Made by a program: the position numbers and the translations under genes. Positions 50,931-64,000 of a DNA stretch of 64,000 nucleotides are shown one piece after another. Source of the stretch: Mobula hypostoma (taxonomy: Eukaryota); contig NC_086097.1 of NCBI RefSeq assembly GCF_963921235.1, forward strand, positions 216,506,001 to 216,570,000, written 5' to 3'. The notes under the pieces are model-generated. The model was not told where the DNA came from, searched no databases, and saw nothing but the letters and a program-made list of their open reading frames with translations. How positions within the stretch are numbered: position 1 is the stretch's first letter; every line of letters begins with the position of its first letter.

Positions 50931-53274
50931 TCTGACCACTCTACCATTTTTGTATCAGTAATTGGAGCATTATACCCACTTTCAGTACATATTCTTGATC
51001 CAGAAGAATATACAGAGCATTTGGAGCATCAAAGAAAAACAAATCTAATACTTCAATTGTTGAGCTGGTAATTTAAAAAATAAGGCCAATCCAATAAATT
51101 TGTGAACTAAGTAGTTGCCTTTTTAAATGACTAACTTGTACAGTATTCTTGAGCTGTATAGCATTGAATAGCCATTATTAACTATTGGTCCTGTCATCTA
51201 AGTACAGACTTTGTCCACTGCAATATTCTAGAGATGCAGGAAATCTGAAATTTTAAAAAGCCAAGAAATTTCAGAGAATCATTAATATTCTTTGGATGCT
51301 GCAATGATCTCATTTTTAGCATTTTTCGTTTTGATGTGCAGTAATGTTTCTGTACCTTTCCTGTGCACTGTCTGTACATAGTGGCTAACAGTCAGAAGTG
51401 GCTAACATTTGCAGCTGTTTAATACATTTCAGTCTTTTGTTTGGCTCCAGGTTTCTTTGAAATAGTAAATATTGCCGTAATGGTGTAGGTGAGTTGAATA
51501 TGTCCGCAAATAAACTATTAACACAACATAAATTTATTTATACATTGAATATCCAAGATTAATGACTAAGCTCTTAAGGCAAATCAAACTATAACTTATT
51601 GTTCCTGAAATAGTTCAGTGCCTATTCCATATATTTTGTAAAGCTATCTAATTGTAGAGCAACCTGTGCTTTGGGTGTTCAACTGATGAAGCCAAAAATT
51701 ATTGATCAAATTCACTTAAAAATCAATTGACATCACTATTTTATCACCTGACCAACACTGAATATAATTTTTCATAAACTATTATTGGTTAACAGTAGCC
51801 TGGTGCCTTTTAGTTCATATAGCTGAATTATATTACTGCGTCTTTCAAGTCAAGTTTACAATATTGCCATTTATCGATATACATGTACACCATCAAATGA
51901 GACGTTACTCTGGACCAGGGTGTAAAGCACAGTAGTACACAACACACGTATAAACAAACAGTAACTTAATGAAAGTAAGAATTAAACCTACAAATGAATT
52001 ATGTATAGATAAAGTGCATAAATATTGTAGGGTACAGTACAAATTATCTGGTGAGCCTACGAATGCGATGCAGCAGGCTCAGAACCTAATGACCTGAGAG
52101 AAGAAGCTGTTTCCTACCCTGACTGTTCTTGTCTTTCTGCCGTTGGGCAGGAGAGTCCAGTGCATGAAGTCAGAGAGAATGCTGGATGGATGTCAAATGC
52201 TAAGTATTGCAAGAAATCTAAATTTTCTCATTGTTAGCTAGCAGTTATCATTAGTTTCTAGAGACATAATACTTTGCCACAGCAGGCGATTTTAATTATC
52301 AAATGAATGTTTACCTTTTATAAAATTAGATATAACTTGCTGTTGGTTATTTACATCCTTTTTAGTTGGGAATGTAACAACCATTTTAAGTTAATTGATA
52401 ACAGATTTCTTGTGTATTGATCATTATTAGACTAATGATCCTATCTTCATGTCCTATTATGGACATCTGAAAAATTTCTCATATAGGAATAGGCCATTCG
52501 GCCCTTCGAGCCAGCACCAATATTCACTGTGATCATGGCTGATCATCCACAATCCTGCCTCCTGCCTTCCCATATCCCTTGACTCCTCTATTATTAAGAG
52601 CTCTACCTAAGGAAGGAGCAGGAAGACTGTCCCTGAAGCAAATGCTTTCTATAAGTAACTGAATAGTTCATCGGTGCCCTCCAGTGAAGTAATTGTTTGT
52701 GTATCTGGCTGGATGATCTGTAGTTAACTCTTTAATTACTATAGCAGTCTCAGTTTTTCCTGAAAAGCTGATAATGCAAAAAATTACTAACATTGCTCAT
52801 GAGCACTCCCTCTCTACTTTCTGAGAATAAACTAATCTCTTGGCAGAGTTGAGGTTTGATTATCTCTACCAGTTTCACTAGGGTTTTTTTTGTATTAAAA
52901 CTAAAAAGATTGTCCTAATTGGTAGTGACCATGTATTTGGTAGGAAATTGGGCCTGGTACATACTGAACAACTGGTAAAATAATCGAGTATTTTCTTTTA
53001 ATTGAACTTATTGATTTGGTTATTTAAAACTCCTTTGCAGTATAGGTAAATGTTTTTTTTTTTGGTTAAGTATCATTTGGAGGATTTCAGAAAAAAGTGA
53101 AAATGGACTTGGATGAAGTTTCCATATTTTTCTTGCTATGAACAATTTTTCTTTTTTAAAAAGTCAGATGAAACAAATGAACAGCCGATCAGGTCAGGTG
53201 TGAAATGGAATTACAATTGTATTTGCTGCATACACTCTGTGGAATGGCACTGTGCCCTGGATGCAAAAAAATAT

Positions 53275-53855
53275 ATATATGACCATTGAGGGGTCAGTGG
53301 TGGAAAAGGTGATCAGCTTTGAATTTCAGAGCATCCTCTTGTGAGAATCTATCCTGGGCCTAACAGATTGATGCAGTCACAAAGAAGTCAAACCAGTGGC
53401 TATACTTCATTTGGAATTTGAGGAGATTTGGTATGCCCACCAAAGAATAGTAACTTTCTACAGATGTGGAGAGAATTCTGACTTTACGTCACTGCCTGGT
53501 GTGGAGGCTCCAAAAACGGAGAATTGTAAGAGGCAACTGAAGGTTCCAGGTTCAGCCAGCCTCCCCACCATCGAGGACACCTGCAAAAGGCAGTTCCTCA
53601 AGGAGGCATTCATCATGAAGGACCCTCAATGTCTGGGACATACCCTCATTACTGCCATTGGGGAGCAGGTACAGGAGTCTAAAGACCCACACTCAACATT
53701 TCAGGGATAGCTTCTTCCATCCATCATCAGATTTTCGAAAGGTCCATGAACACTACCTCCTTAGCACTATTTATTTTGTGTAACTTATAATTTTGTGCAT
53801 TGCCTCAAAGCATCAGATTTCATGACAAGGATGTCAGTGATAATAAATCTGAATC
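53275..53855 (+). mobile_element. Degenerate Rex1/Babar LINE 3' fragment
   Basis: SLPTIEDT...IMKDP; ends in gtgataataaatctgaatc. Confidence 0.7.
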
Positions 53856-54167
53856 ATGGAGGAGTTAATTTAATCCCACTGTCCTTCACTCTCTTCATGC
53901 AAAGTTTGACACCAGCTAGTGCTAAACTGTACCATAATCCAGATCAATACCAGTCTTTCTCGGATTCCTTAAAGTCAATCAAACATTGCTCTTATGTCAG
54001 AGAGCTATTCTCATGTTCGTGTTTGTGCCTGCACTGCCTGTAATGTGACCTTTAGTTTTAATGTACACAGACTTTTCAGTTATTTTATCTTCTCTTGATA
54101 TGCTACACTCAACATGGAGGCTGGGTTTATCACCTGACAAAGGACGACTCCAGCTTGAGCTATAAGC

Positions 54168-54331
54168 AACACAAACAAAATGCTGAAGGAACTCAGCAGG
54201 CCAGGCAGCGTCTATGGAAAAAAAACTACAGTCGACGTTTCGAGCCGAGAGCCTTCAGCCTGCTGAATTCCTCCAGCATTTTGTGTGTGTTGCTTAGATT
54301 TCCAGCAGCTGCAGATTTTCTCTTGTTTGTG
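54168..54331. mobile_element. Fold-back Penelope-derived insert
   Basis: Perfect 16-bp TSD agcttgagctataagc (54152-54167 and 54332-54347). Inverted arms; truncated ribozyme motif on the - strand at 54229-54259. Confidence 0.85.
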
Positions 54332-54699
54332 AGCTTGAGCTATAAGCCCAGTCTACTTGCTGTTTGCCTAAATAAGCAGATAAGCATTCAAATTTATTTC
54401 AATATGTTTTTCGATGGTTTAATAACATGCCGTATGTAGCCTGCCTTGCTTCACTTTTAGTTAGAGAAAGGGGTTTGTTTAGTTAGAGAAAGGGGTTTGG
54501 TTTGTTGATGAAAAGTGCTCTTTTTCAAAATGTATTCCTGGACACATGAGTGATTTACTGTTTTTCCAGCCTTCTTTGTAATCCTATAAATACTTCCTCC
54601 TCAGTATTGGCAAAGCATTCAGTGGTGCATGCCAGAAGATGGAAGTGAGTCAATAGCTCATGCTTGGGCTGTATTCAGTCTTACAAGTCATATCACAAC

Positions 54700-54870
54700 C
54701 ATGACAGTTCACAGCAGCCATGCCAGACAAGCTGCCCACATCCACAAGCCCTGGATGTGCAGAATACTTCATATTAAATGGGAAGATAAGAATCCAGACT
54801 TATCAGAGCCGGTGGGCTGGTCACCTCAGAATTCCTGATGATAAAATGCCAAAGCAGCAAACAATAATGT
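54700..54870 (+). mobile_element. Possible RTE LINE relic
   Basis: CRILHIKWEDK and gggctggtcacctc...aatgccaaagcag resemble the RTE RT C-terminus (RWAGH..RM...PKQ). Confidence 0.4.
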
Positions 54871-55130
54871 ATTGGACAGAGAGGGATTCATAGACTCTTG
54901 GGACATTTCTAAAGAGTTTCAATATCAATGCATGCCATTGGAAGCAAGAATTAGATCATCCCATTCGATGTACCTGTATAAATAGCAGTGCTTGCGTATT
55001 TGAGGGAGCTCGAACAGAGGAGGCAAAGAGTAAAAGAGAATCTCAAAACCAGACTGGCTGATGCTGCTGTATCCTGATACCTCAGTCAAATATGTGAAAG
55101 GAAATCTTGAGCTCAGGTTGATCAAATCTG

Positions 55131-55251
55131 TAACCGAGAAGATCTGCGGATTCTGGAAATCCGAGCAACACACACAAAATACTGGAGGAACTCAGCAGGG
55201 CAGGCAGCATCTATGGAAAAATCCTTCTTCTGTGTTGTGTGTGTTGCTTGG
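55131..55251. mobile_element. Fold-back Penelope-derived insert
   Basis: 9-bp TSD tcaaatctg (55122-55130 and 55252-55260). Arms agcaacacaca / tgtgtgttgct. Confidence 0.8.
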
Positions 55252-55452
55252 TCAAATCTGCCATATCTATACGCGTCATAACACTATATAACATGGTTTC
55301 TTGAGTGCAAGTGATGAATAACAATCACAGCCATATTTAAAATAACCCTGGCATTAATTTCTTGTGATACAGAACTAAAATAAAACCCTAGCCAGAATGT
55401 ATTTATGATCAATGTATAATAAGGACCTCAAGTAAATGTAGAAATGTACAAA

Positions 55453-58400
55453 AGTGAGTGAGTGGGCCAGTGAAGGAGTGGAGCTTTGAGGCTTTGACTC
55501 GAGAGATTCTGTCAGTTTTGGCAGTTGGCCTGTGCAATCAAGTCGATCAAGATTTGGATAGATCAGCAGAAAGCCGTTGATTAGACAATCAAGATTTGAA
55601 TAGCTCAGACTCAGCAGAAAGCAGCTGAGGTGACCAAGCATTTTGAAAAGCTCAAACAGCTAAATAGAGGGATAGCTCAAGCGGAGAGGCCTGTGAGAGA
55701 GTGGAGCTTTGACTCGAGGCTTCGATGAGAACAGGCGGAGGACAAGCTTGCTTGCAGTTAGTCTTTACAATGCCTCCTGAGATGGTGATGTGCCACTCAT
55801 GTGAGATGTGGCAAACTTGGGGGAATGCCCCTCTCCCGCAGAGTCACATCTGCCAGAAGTGCAGGGCGACCTGGAAGACCATGTAGGAATCTGGAGCAGC
55901 AGCTGGATGACCTTCGACTCATAAGGGAGAATGAGGCAGTCATAGATGAGAGCTACAGGGAGGTAGTCACACCTAGGCTGTCGGAAGCAGGTCGTTGGGT
56001 GACAGTCAGAGAGGGGAAAGCGAAGGTGAGCAGACAAGTAGTGCAGAGCACCCCTGTAGCCATTCCCCTGAATAATAAGTTTACTGTCCTGGATACTGTT
56101 GGCGGGGACGACCGACCAGGTGTGAGCCACGGTGGCAAGGCCTCCGGCACTGAGTCTGACCCTGTGGTGCAGAAGGGTGGGATGGAGAAGAGGATCGCTG
56201 TCGTCATTGGAGACTCTATAGTCAGGGGAGCAGACAGGAGATTTTATGGACGTGAGAAGGACACCCGCTTGGTTTGTTGCCTCCCGGGTGTCAGGGTCCG
56301 GGATGTCTCTGACCGGGTGCACGACATCCTGGTACGAGAGGGAAAGCAACCAGAAGTCATGATACATGTTGGTACCAATGACATAGGCAGGAAGAGGGAT
56401 GAGGTCCTGAAGTTTGAGTTTCGGGAACTAGGTAGAAGACTGACGAACAGGACCTCAAGGGTGGCATTCTCAGGATTGCTGCCAGTGCTACGTGACAGTG
56501 ATGGTAAGAATTGGAGGAGATGGCAGTTGAATGCGTGGCTGAGGAGTTGGTGCAGGGAGCAGGGTTTTTAATTTTTGGATCTTTGCGATCTCTTCTGGGG
56601 AAGGTGGGACCTGTACAGATTGGATGGGTTGCACCTGAACTTGAGGGGGAGCAATATCCTTGCAGGTAGGTTTGCTAGCATGGTTTGGGAGGGTTTAAAC
56701 TAACTTGCAAGGGGGATGGGACCCGGAGCGATAGAGCAGTGAAATAAGTGCATGGAGTAAAGCCAGATCTAACATATAGAGAGGCTTTGAGAAAAGAGAA
56801 TCAGAATAAACGGTGTAAAGACAATAAGGTAGAAGGGCTGAAATGTGTGTACCTCAATGCAAGAAGCATCAGAAACAAAGGTGATGAGCTGAGAGCTTGG
56901 ATACATACATGGAATTATGATGTAGTGGCCATTACAGAGACTTGGCTGGCACCAGGGCAGGAATGGATTCTCAATATTCCTGGATTTCAGTGCTTTAAAA
57001 GGGGTAGAGAGGGGGAAAAGGGGGAGGAGGGGTGGCATTACTGGTCAGGGATACTATTACAGCTACAGAAAGGGTGGGTAATGTAGCAGGGTCCTCTTTT
57101 GAGTCAGTATGGGTGGAAGTCAGAAACAGGAAGGGAGCAGTTACTCTAATGGTGTTCTATAGGCCCCCTGGTAGCAGCAGAGATACAGAGGAGCAGATTG
57201 GGAGGCAGATTTTGGAAAGGTGCAAAAATAACAGGGTTGTTATCATGGGTGACTTTAACTTCCCTAATATTGATTGGCACCTGATTAATTCCAAGGGTTT
57301 AGATGGAGCTGAGTTTGTTAAGTGGGTCCAGATGGATTCCTGTCACAGTATGTTGACAGGCCGACTAGGGGGAATGCCATACTAGATCTAGTACTAGGTA
57401 ATGAACCGGGTCAGGTTACAGATCTCTCAGTGGGTGAGCATCTGGGGGACAGGAACCACTGCTCCCTGGCCTTTAGCATTATCATGGAAAAGGACAGAAA
57501 CAGAGAGGACAGGAAAATTTTTAATTGGGGAAGGGCAAATTATGAGGCTATAAGGCCAGAGCCTGCGGGTGTGAATTGGGATGATGTTTTTGCAGGGAAA
57601 TGTACTACGGACCTGTATTCGATGTTTAGAGATCTCTTGCAGGATGTTAGGGATAAATTTGTCCCGGTGAGGAAGATAAAGAATGGTAGGGTGAAGGAAC
57701 CATGGGTGACAAGTGAGGTGGAAAATCTAGTCAGGTGGAAGAAGGCAGCATACATGAGGTTTAGGAAGCAAGGATCAGATGAATCTATTGAGGAATATAG
57801 GGAAGAAAGAAAGGAGCTTAAGAAGGGGCTGAGAAGAGCAAGAGGGGGGCATGAGAAGGCCTTGGCGAGTAGGGTAAAGGAAAACCCCAAGGCATTCTTC
57901 AGTTATGTGAAGAACAAAAGCATGACAGGAGTGAAGGTAGGACCGATTAGAGATAAAGATGGGAAGATGTGCCTGGAGGCTGTGGAAGTGAGCGAGGTCC
58001 TCAATGAATACTTCTCTTCGGTATTCACCAATAACAGGGAACTTGATGATGGTGAGGTTGATGTTCTGGAGCATGTTGATATTAAGGGAGAGGAGGTGTT
58101 GGAGTTGTTAAAATACATTAGGATGGATAAGTCCCCGGGGCCTGACGGAATATTCCCCAGGCTGCTCCAGAAGAGATTCCTGAGCCTCTGGCTAGGATCT
58201 TTATGTCCTCGTTGTCCATGGGAATGGTACTGGAGGGTTGGAGAGAGGCGAATGTTGTCCCCTTGTCAAAAAAGGTAGTAGGGATAGTCCGGGTAATTAT
58301 AGACCGGTGAGCCTTACGTCTGTGGTGGGAAAGATTCTTAGAGGTAGGATCTATGGGCATTTAGAGAATCATGGTCTGATCAGGGACAGTCAGCATGGCT

Positions 58401-59680
58401 TTGTGAAGGGCAGATCGTGTCTACCAGACTTGTTAGAGTTTTTTGAGGAGGTGACCGGGTATATAGATGAGGGTAGTGCAGTGGATGTGATCTATCTGGA
58501 TTTTAGTAAGGCATTTGACAAGGTACCACATGGTAGGCTTATTCATAAAGTCAGAAAACATGGGATCCAGGGAAGTTTGGCCAGGTGGATTCAGAATTGG
58601 CTTGCCTGCAGAAGGCAGAGGGTCATGGTGGAGGGAGTACATTCAGATTGGAGGATTGTGACTAGTGGTGTCCCACAAGGATCTGTTCTGGGACCTCTAC
58701 TTTTCGTGATTTTTATCAACGACCTGAATGTGGGGGTAGAAGGGTGGGTTGGCAAGTTTGCAGACGACACAAATGTTGGTGGTGTTGTAGATAGTGTAGA
58801 GGACTGTCGAAGATTGCAGAGAGACATTGATAGGATGCAGAAGTGGGCTGAGAAGTGGCAGATGGAGTTCAACCCGGAGAAGTGTGAGGTGGTACACTTT
58901 GAAAGCACAAACTCCAAGGCAGAGTACAAAGTAAATGGCAGGATACTTGGTAGTGTGCAGGAGCAGGGGGATCTGGGGGTACATGTCCACAGATCCCTGA
59001 AGGTTGCCTCACAGGTGGATAGGGTAGTTAAGAAAGCTTATGGAGAGTTAGCTTTCATAAATCGAGGGATAGAGTTTAAGAGTTGCAATGTAATGATGCA
59101 GCTCTATAAAACTCTGGTTAGGCCACACTTGGAGTACCGTGTCCAGTTCTGGTCGCCTCACTATAGGAAAGATGTGGAAGCATTGGAAAGCGTACAGAGG
59201 AGATTTGCCAGGATGCTGCCTGGTTTAGAGAGTATGGATTATGATCAGAGATTAAGGGAGTTAGGGCTTTACTCTTTGGAGAGAAGCAGGATGACAGGAG
59301 ACATGATAGAGGTGTACAAGATATTAAAAGGAATAGATAGAGTGGACAGCCAGCGCCTCTTCCCCAGGGCACCACTGCTCAATACAGGAGGACATGGCTT
59401 TCAGGTAAGGGGTGGGAAGATCAAGGGAGATATTAGAGGAAGGTTTTTTACTCAGAGAGTGGTTGGTGCGTGGAATGCACTGCCCTAGTCATTGATGGAG
59501 GCAGATACGCTCGTGAAGTTTAAGAGACTACTAGACAGGTATATGGAGGAATTTAAGGTGGGGGGGTTACATCGGAGGCAGGGTTTGAGGGTCGGCACAA
59601 CATTGTGGGCCGAAGGGCCTGTACTGTGCTGTACTATTCTATGTTCTATGTTCTGTATTCTATGTTCTATGTTCTATGTA
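55453..59680 (+). mobile_element. Near full-length CR1 LINE, copy B (same family as copy A)
   Basis: ORF1 esterase at 55801-56571; ORF2 pieces at 57032-59488 including a 416-aa RT stretch; (ttctatg)n tail. Confidence 0.95.
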
Positions 59681-62394
59681 CTAGATCTCTATGTTTTTTT
59701 TAACTGAACACCTGATGAAAGTGAAGATCAGAGCTGATTTAAGTCTTATGAACAAGATGTACAGTAGATATGGATAAAATGTATCCATGTGGCAAAATTC
59801 AAAATGGAGTTTGTCTATATAAGATATAGAACATAGAAGACCTACAGCAGAATACAGGCCCTTCAGCTCACAATGCTGTGCCGAACATGTACTTACCTAA
59901 GTTACCCATAGCCATCTATTTTTCTGAGCTCCAGATGGTCACTAACAAAATCAAATTGTGAAAAGACATTTAAGATGTACTTGTAACTGCACTGAGTGGC
60001 TGAGACAAATGGATACTTTCAGAAGGGGATGAAAAACTAAGGCAGATTGAATAGGATTTTATGTCGGTCAAATGACTTATTTCGGAGTTGTCAATTCAGT
60101 TGTATTGAATGTTTTATGTTCTGACCAATTTATTTCTCAATCAACATCAGTGCAACATTTTGTTTTTGGTAGCTCACTCCAAAATATTGCCTTCCAAAGC
60201 TTCACATTACAATGATTGCAGTTAAGACTATAAGACGTAGGTGCAGAATTAGGCCATTTGCCCATCAATTCTGCATGCCACCGATCTCTAAGATTGCACA
60301 TGGTAAGAGAGCAATCTCAAAAGAAGTGGGGAGAGTAGATGAGACATTCTGTGCACCACAGATCACAAAGAGACATTAGATTGTGTATTGTTAGGCACTT
60401 GGTGAAGGCGAATGAAAAGAAATTTAGTTCAGGTGGAGTGGTCATTGTGAGAATGGTCTATGTATGAGTGGGCCAGTGGAGTGGGGAGTTGAGGCTTTGC
60501 CGACGTGAGGCAGCAGCTGTAGGTAGACTTGTTTTTCATTTAATTTTTCTTTCTTATTGCACTGTCAGAGCGGTATGGATGCAGGCAGGATAGTGCAATG
60601 CTCGTCTTGCAGGATATGGGGAGGCAGGGTATCCTCCAGCATCCCTGATAACTGCGCCTGCGCGAGGTGTGTCCAGCCACAGCTTCTTACAGACTGGAGC
60701 TGGAGTTGGATGAACTCCACATCGTTCAGAGGGCTGAAGGGTTGATCAACAGGCAGTACGGGGCAGTAGTTACAACCAAGGTGCTGGCCACCCCTTTTTC
60801 CCCTCCTGCCTGTCAGAAGGGGACAAACAGTTGGGGAGGCAGTGCAGAGTACCACTGTGGCCATTCCCCTCCAAAACAGATATACTGCTTTGAATGCTGT
60901 TGGGGGGAATGACCTCGTAGAGGAAAGCCACCGCGGTCAGCTCTCTGGCACTGAGTATGGCTCTGTGGCTCAGAAGAGAAGGAAGGAGAAAAGGTGAGCT
61001 GGAGTGATAGGGAATTCAATGGTCAGAGGGACTGGGGGCATTGGGAATGCAAATGAGATTCTTAGATGTTGCCTCCTGGGTGCCAGGGTCAAAGACATCT
61101 CAGATTGAGTCCGTAAAAGTCTTCGGTGGGGAGGTGAGCAGTCAGAAGCCATGGTCCATGTCTTTAGAATGATACAAGTTGAAAGGTCATGCAAAGTGAG
61201 TTCAAGGGAGTTAGTTGTTGAGTTAAAGGCCCTCCAGCCATTCCATGTGATATTGAGGTCAGAAATGGGAAGATCATACAGTTTAACATGTGGCTAAGGA
61301 GATGGTGCAGGGAGGGCTTCAGATTTTTTGATCGGTGGTCTCTTCCAGGGAAGGTCGGACCTGTATGTGTGGGAAGGTTTGCTAGTGCTGCAAGGGAGGG
61401 GTTAAACCAGAGTTGCAGGGGGATGAGAACGAAAGCACAAGAGCAAATAGTGGAGTGGGAAAGGTGTTAAATCTGTATACAGTATGGTCAGGAATCGAAA
61501 GCTTGAGCATGTTGGGACTAAGTGTATATTTTGATGCAAGGAGTATTGTGGGGAAGGTGGATGATCTTAGGACATGGATTAGCATGTGGAATTATGACAG
61601 TAGTGAGACTTGATTGCAGGAGGGGCAGAATATTTCAGGAGAGGGTGGTTCCATTGTTTTACATGTGATAAAGCAGGAGGGATTACTGGTTGGGGAAGTG
61701 TCACAGCAGTGGTCAGGCAGGACAGACTGGAGAACTCATCAGCTGAAGCTATGTGGGTGCAACTGAGGAATTAGAAAGTGATTGTTGGCCAGAAACAGCT
61801 GCAATCTACAAATGAGCAAATAGGAATGAGGCAAAATGCAGTGGAAGTGGACAAAGCAGAACTCATTGTTCTTGCCATGTGGTTGCAGAAATAGAGGTGG
61901 CCATTTTGTGAACTGTTTGGTGAACTGGTTCTTGCTCAGGTAGAGCTGAAATGGACCAGCTGAATGTGGACACAGGTAATTTCTGCTAATGATATGTTAA
62001 ACCTGAGACTGTTTTCAGAAAAGAAGCCATTTATTATGTAAATAACAGGCTTGTAGAGGAATAACCTGTGATCTGGTCATCTGGGTCCAGTGGTTGGCTG
62101 ACCTGGAGGATAGGTCTGGTCCTCGGGGAAGAGAATCTAAAGTGGAGAAAGGCCAGTTCTGATGCAAGTTCTGGCAAGTGTGGATTGGGACAGGATTGTT
62201 TTCAGGCATAAGTGTGCTTGGTAAGTGGAAGGCCTTCAAAAGTGACACTTTGAGAGTACAGAGTTTGTATGTTACTGTCAGAATAAAAGGCAAGGATAAC
62301 AAATATAGGAAACTTTGCTTTTAGAGAGATATTGAGGTCTTGGCTAAGAATAAGAAGGAGGTGCATAGCAGGTTCAGACAGGAAGGAACAAATA

Positions 62395-62930
62395 GATGCA
62401 CCGTAGAAATTTTTTCACCGTAAAAATCTATAATTTTTATAGATGCACCGTAGAAAACATTCTTCTAGGGTGCACCACAACCTGGTATGGAAGTTGTCCT
62501 GTCCAAGACCGGAAGAAGCTGCAGAAGATTGTGAGCACAGCCCAGCACATCACACAAACCAATCTTCTGTCCTTGGACTCACTTTACACCGCACGCTGTC
62601 AGAGCAGTGCTGCCAGGATAATCAAGGACACGACCCACCCAGCCAACACACTTTTTGCCCCTCTTTCCTCTGGGAGAAGGCTCAGGAGCTTGAAGACTTG
62701 TACAGCCAGATTTGGGAACAGCTTCTTTCCAACTGTGATAAGACTGCTGAACGGATCCTGACCCAGATCTGGGCCATACCATCCAAATATCCAGACCTGC
62801 CTCTCGGTGTTTTTGCACTACCTTACTTTCCCTTTTCTATTTATGATTTATAATTTAAATTTTTACTATTTACTATTGATTTGTACTCCAGGGAGTGTGA
62901 AGTGCAGAATCAAATATTGCTATGATGATC
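62395..62930 (+). mobile_element. Rex1/Babar LINE 3' fragment
   Basis: NFYRCTVENILLGCTTTWYGSC..DRKKLQ..LSSGRRLRSL..RFGNSFFPTVIRLLN. Confidence 0.88.
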
Positions 62931-62932
62931 AT

Positions 62933-63742
62933 ACATAGAAACATAGAAACATAGAAAATAGGTGCAGGAGTAGGCCATTCGGCCCTTCGAGCCTGCACCG
63001 CCATTTATTATGATCATGGCTGATCATCCAACTCAGAACCCAGCCTTCCCTCCATACCCCGTGACCCCTGTAGCCACAAGGGCCATATCTAACTTCCTTT
63101 TAAACATAGCTAATGAACTGGCCTCAACAGTTTGCTGTGGCAGAGAATTCCACAGATTCACCACTCTCTGTGTGAAGAAGTTTTTCCTAACCTCGGTCCT
63201 AAAAGGCTTCCCCTCTATCCTCAAACTGTGACCCCTCGTTCTAGACCTCCCCAACATCGGGAACAATCTTCCCGCATCTAGCCTGTCCAATCCCTTTAGG
63301 ATCTTATACGTTTCAATCAGATCCCCCCTCAATCTTCTAAATTCCAACGAGTACAAGCCCAGTTCATCCAGTCTTTCTTCATATGAAAGACCTGCCATCC
63401 CAGGAATCAATCTGGTGAACCTTCTTTGTACTCCCTCTATGGCAAGGATGTCTTTCCTCAGATTAGGGGACCAAAACTGCACACAATACTCCAGGTGTGG
63501 TCTCACCAAGGCCTTGTACAACTGCAGTAGTACCTCCCTGCTCCTGTACTCGAATCCTCTCGCTATAAATGCCAGCATACCGTTCGCCTTTTTCACCGCC
63601 TGCTGTACCTGCATGCCCACTTTCAATGACTGGTGTATAATGACACCCAGGTCTCGTTGCACCTCCCCTTTTCCTAATCGGCCACCATTCAGATAATAAT
63701 CTGTTTTCCTATTTTTGCCACCAAAGTGGATAACTTTACACT
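62933..63742 (-). mobile_element. Young CR1 LINE 3' fragment
   Basis: Uninterrupted RT C-terminal frame (CKVIHFG...LYKALVRPHLEYCVQFWSP...FFTQRVVNLWNSLP); (catagaaa)n tail. Confidence 0.92.
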
Positions 63743-64000
63743 CTAGCATCAATTGTTTGGTGACAATAAAGTACAGTAAATGAGGTACTTGAGAAGTATA
63801 AGAAATGTAAGAGAATACTCTGAGTCCAGGAGGGCTAAAAAAAAGATATGCGGCTTTTCTAGCAGACAAGGTGTTGGAGAACCTCAAAGGTTTCTACTGA
63901 TGTATTAAGACAAAAGGATAACAAGGGAGAAAATTTGTCCTTGAAGATCAGAGTGGTCATTGATATGTAGAGCTGAAAGAGGTGAAAGAGATCTTAAATG

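Larger units (their letters stand above)
60440..64000 (+). mobile_element. Old CR1 LINE fragmented by nested insertions
   Basis: ORF1 finger VQCSSCRIW..CARC and endonuclease start VYFDARSI. ORF2 remnants run to ~62390 and resume at ~63790. Confidence 0.75.

Noticed and set aside
58238..59488. 416-aa RT ORF as an active or domesticated gene
   Set aside because: It is part of a CR1 ORF2 broken by upstream frameshifts and a premature stop.
50930..64000. 3' exons of PDE7A, the expected syntenic neighbour
   Set aside because: No phosphodiesterase-like coding sequence was recognised on either strand.

Overview
Repeat-rich, AT-rich vertebrate genomic DNA. The repeat landscape (CR1, Rex1/Babar, Penelope, V-SINE) suggests a cartilaginous fish, probably a ray; this is inference. 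The window holds two divergently transcribed mitochondrial genes. ARMC1 is on the - strand with four coding exons visible; its 3' exons lie left of the window. MTFR1 is on the + strand with a complete CDS from 25342 to 48948. Their candidate first exons flank a ~0.5 kb CpG-enriched putative bidirectional promoter with an NRF1 site and CCAAT boxes. Introns and flanks contain two near full-length CR1 LINEs, further CR1 and Rex1 fragments, an RNase H-bearing I/Nimb-type LINE with a perfect 14-bp TSD, and Tigger/pogo, Tc1 and hAT relics, MITEs and SINEs. Notable observations: (1) TSD-flanked fold-back Penelope-derived inserts, one carrying an intact minimal hammerhead ribozyme core; (2) a 105-nt in-frame, stop-free candidate intron (exitron) inside MTFR1 exon 5; (3) stop-start uORFs next to both start codons; (4) a 41-bp minisatellite that arose inside a Tc1 transposase; (5) a Tigger MITE with a segment resembling mammalian MER2. 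Family and orthologue assignments come from remembered motifs, not database searches.
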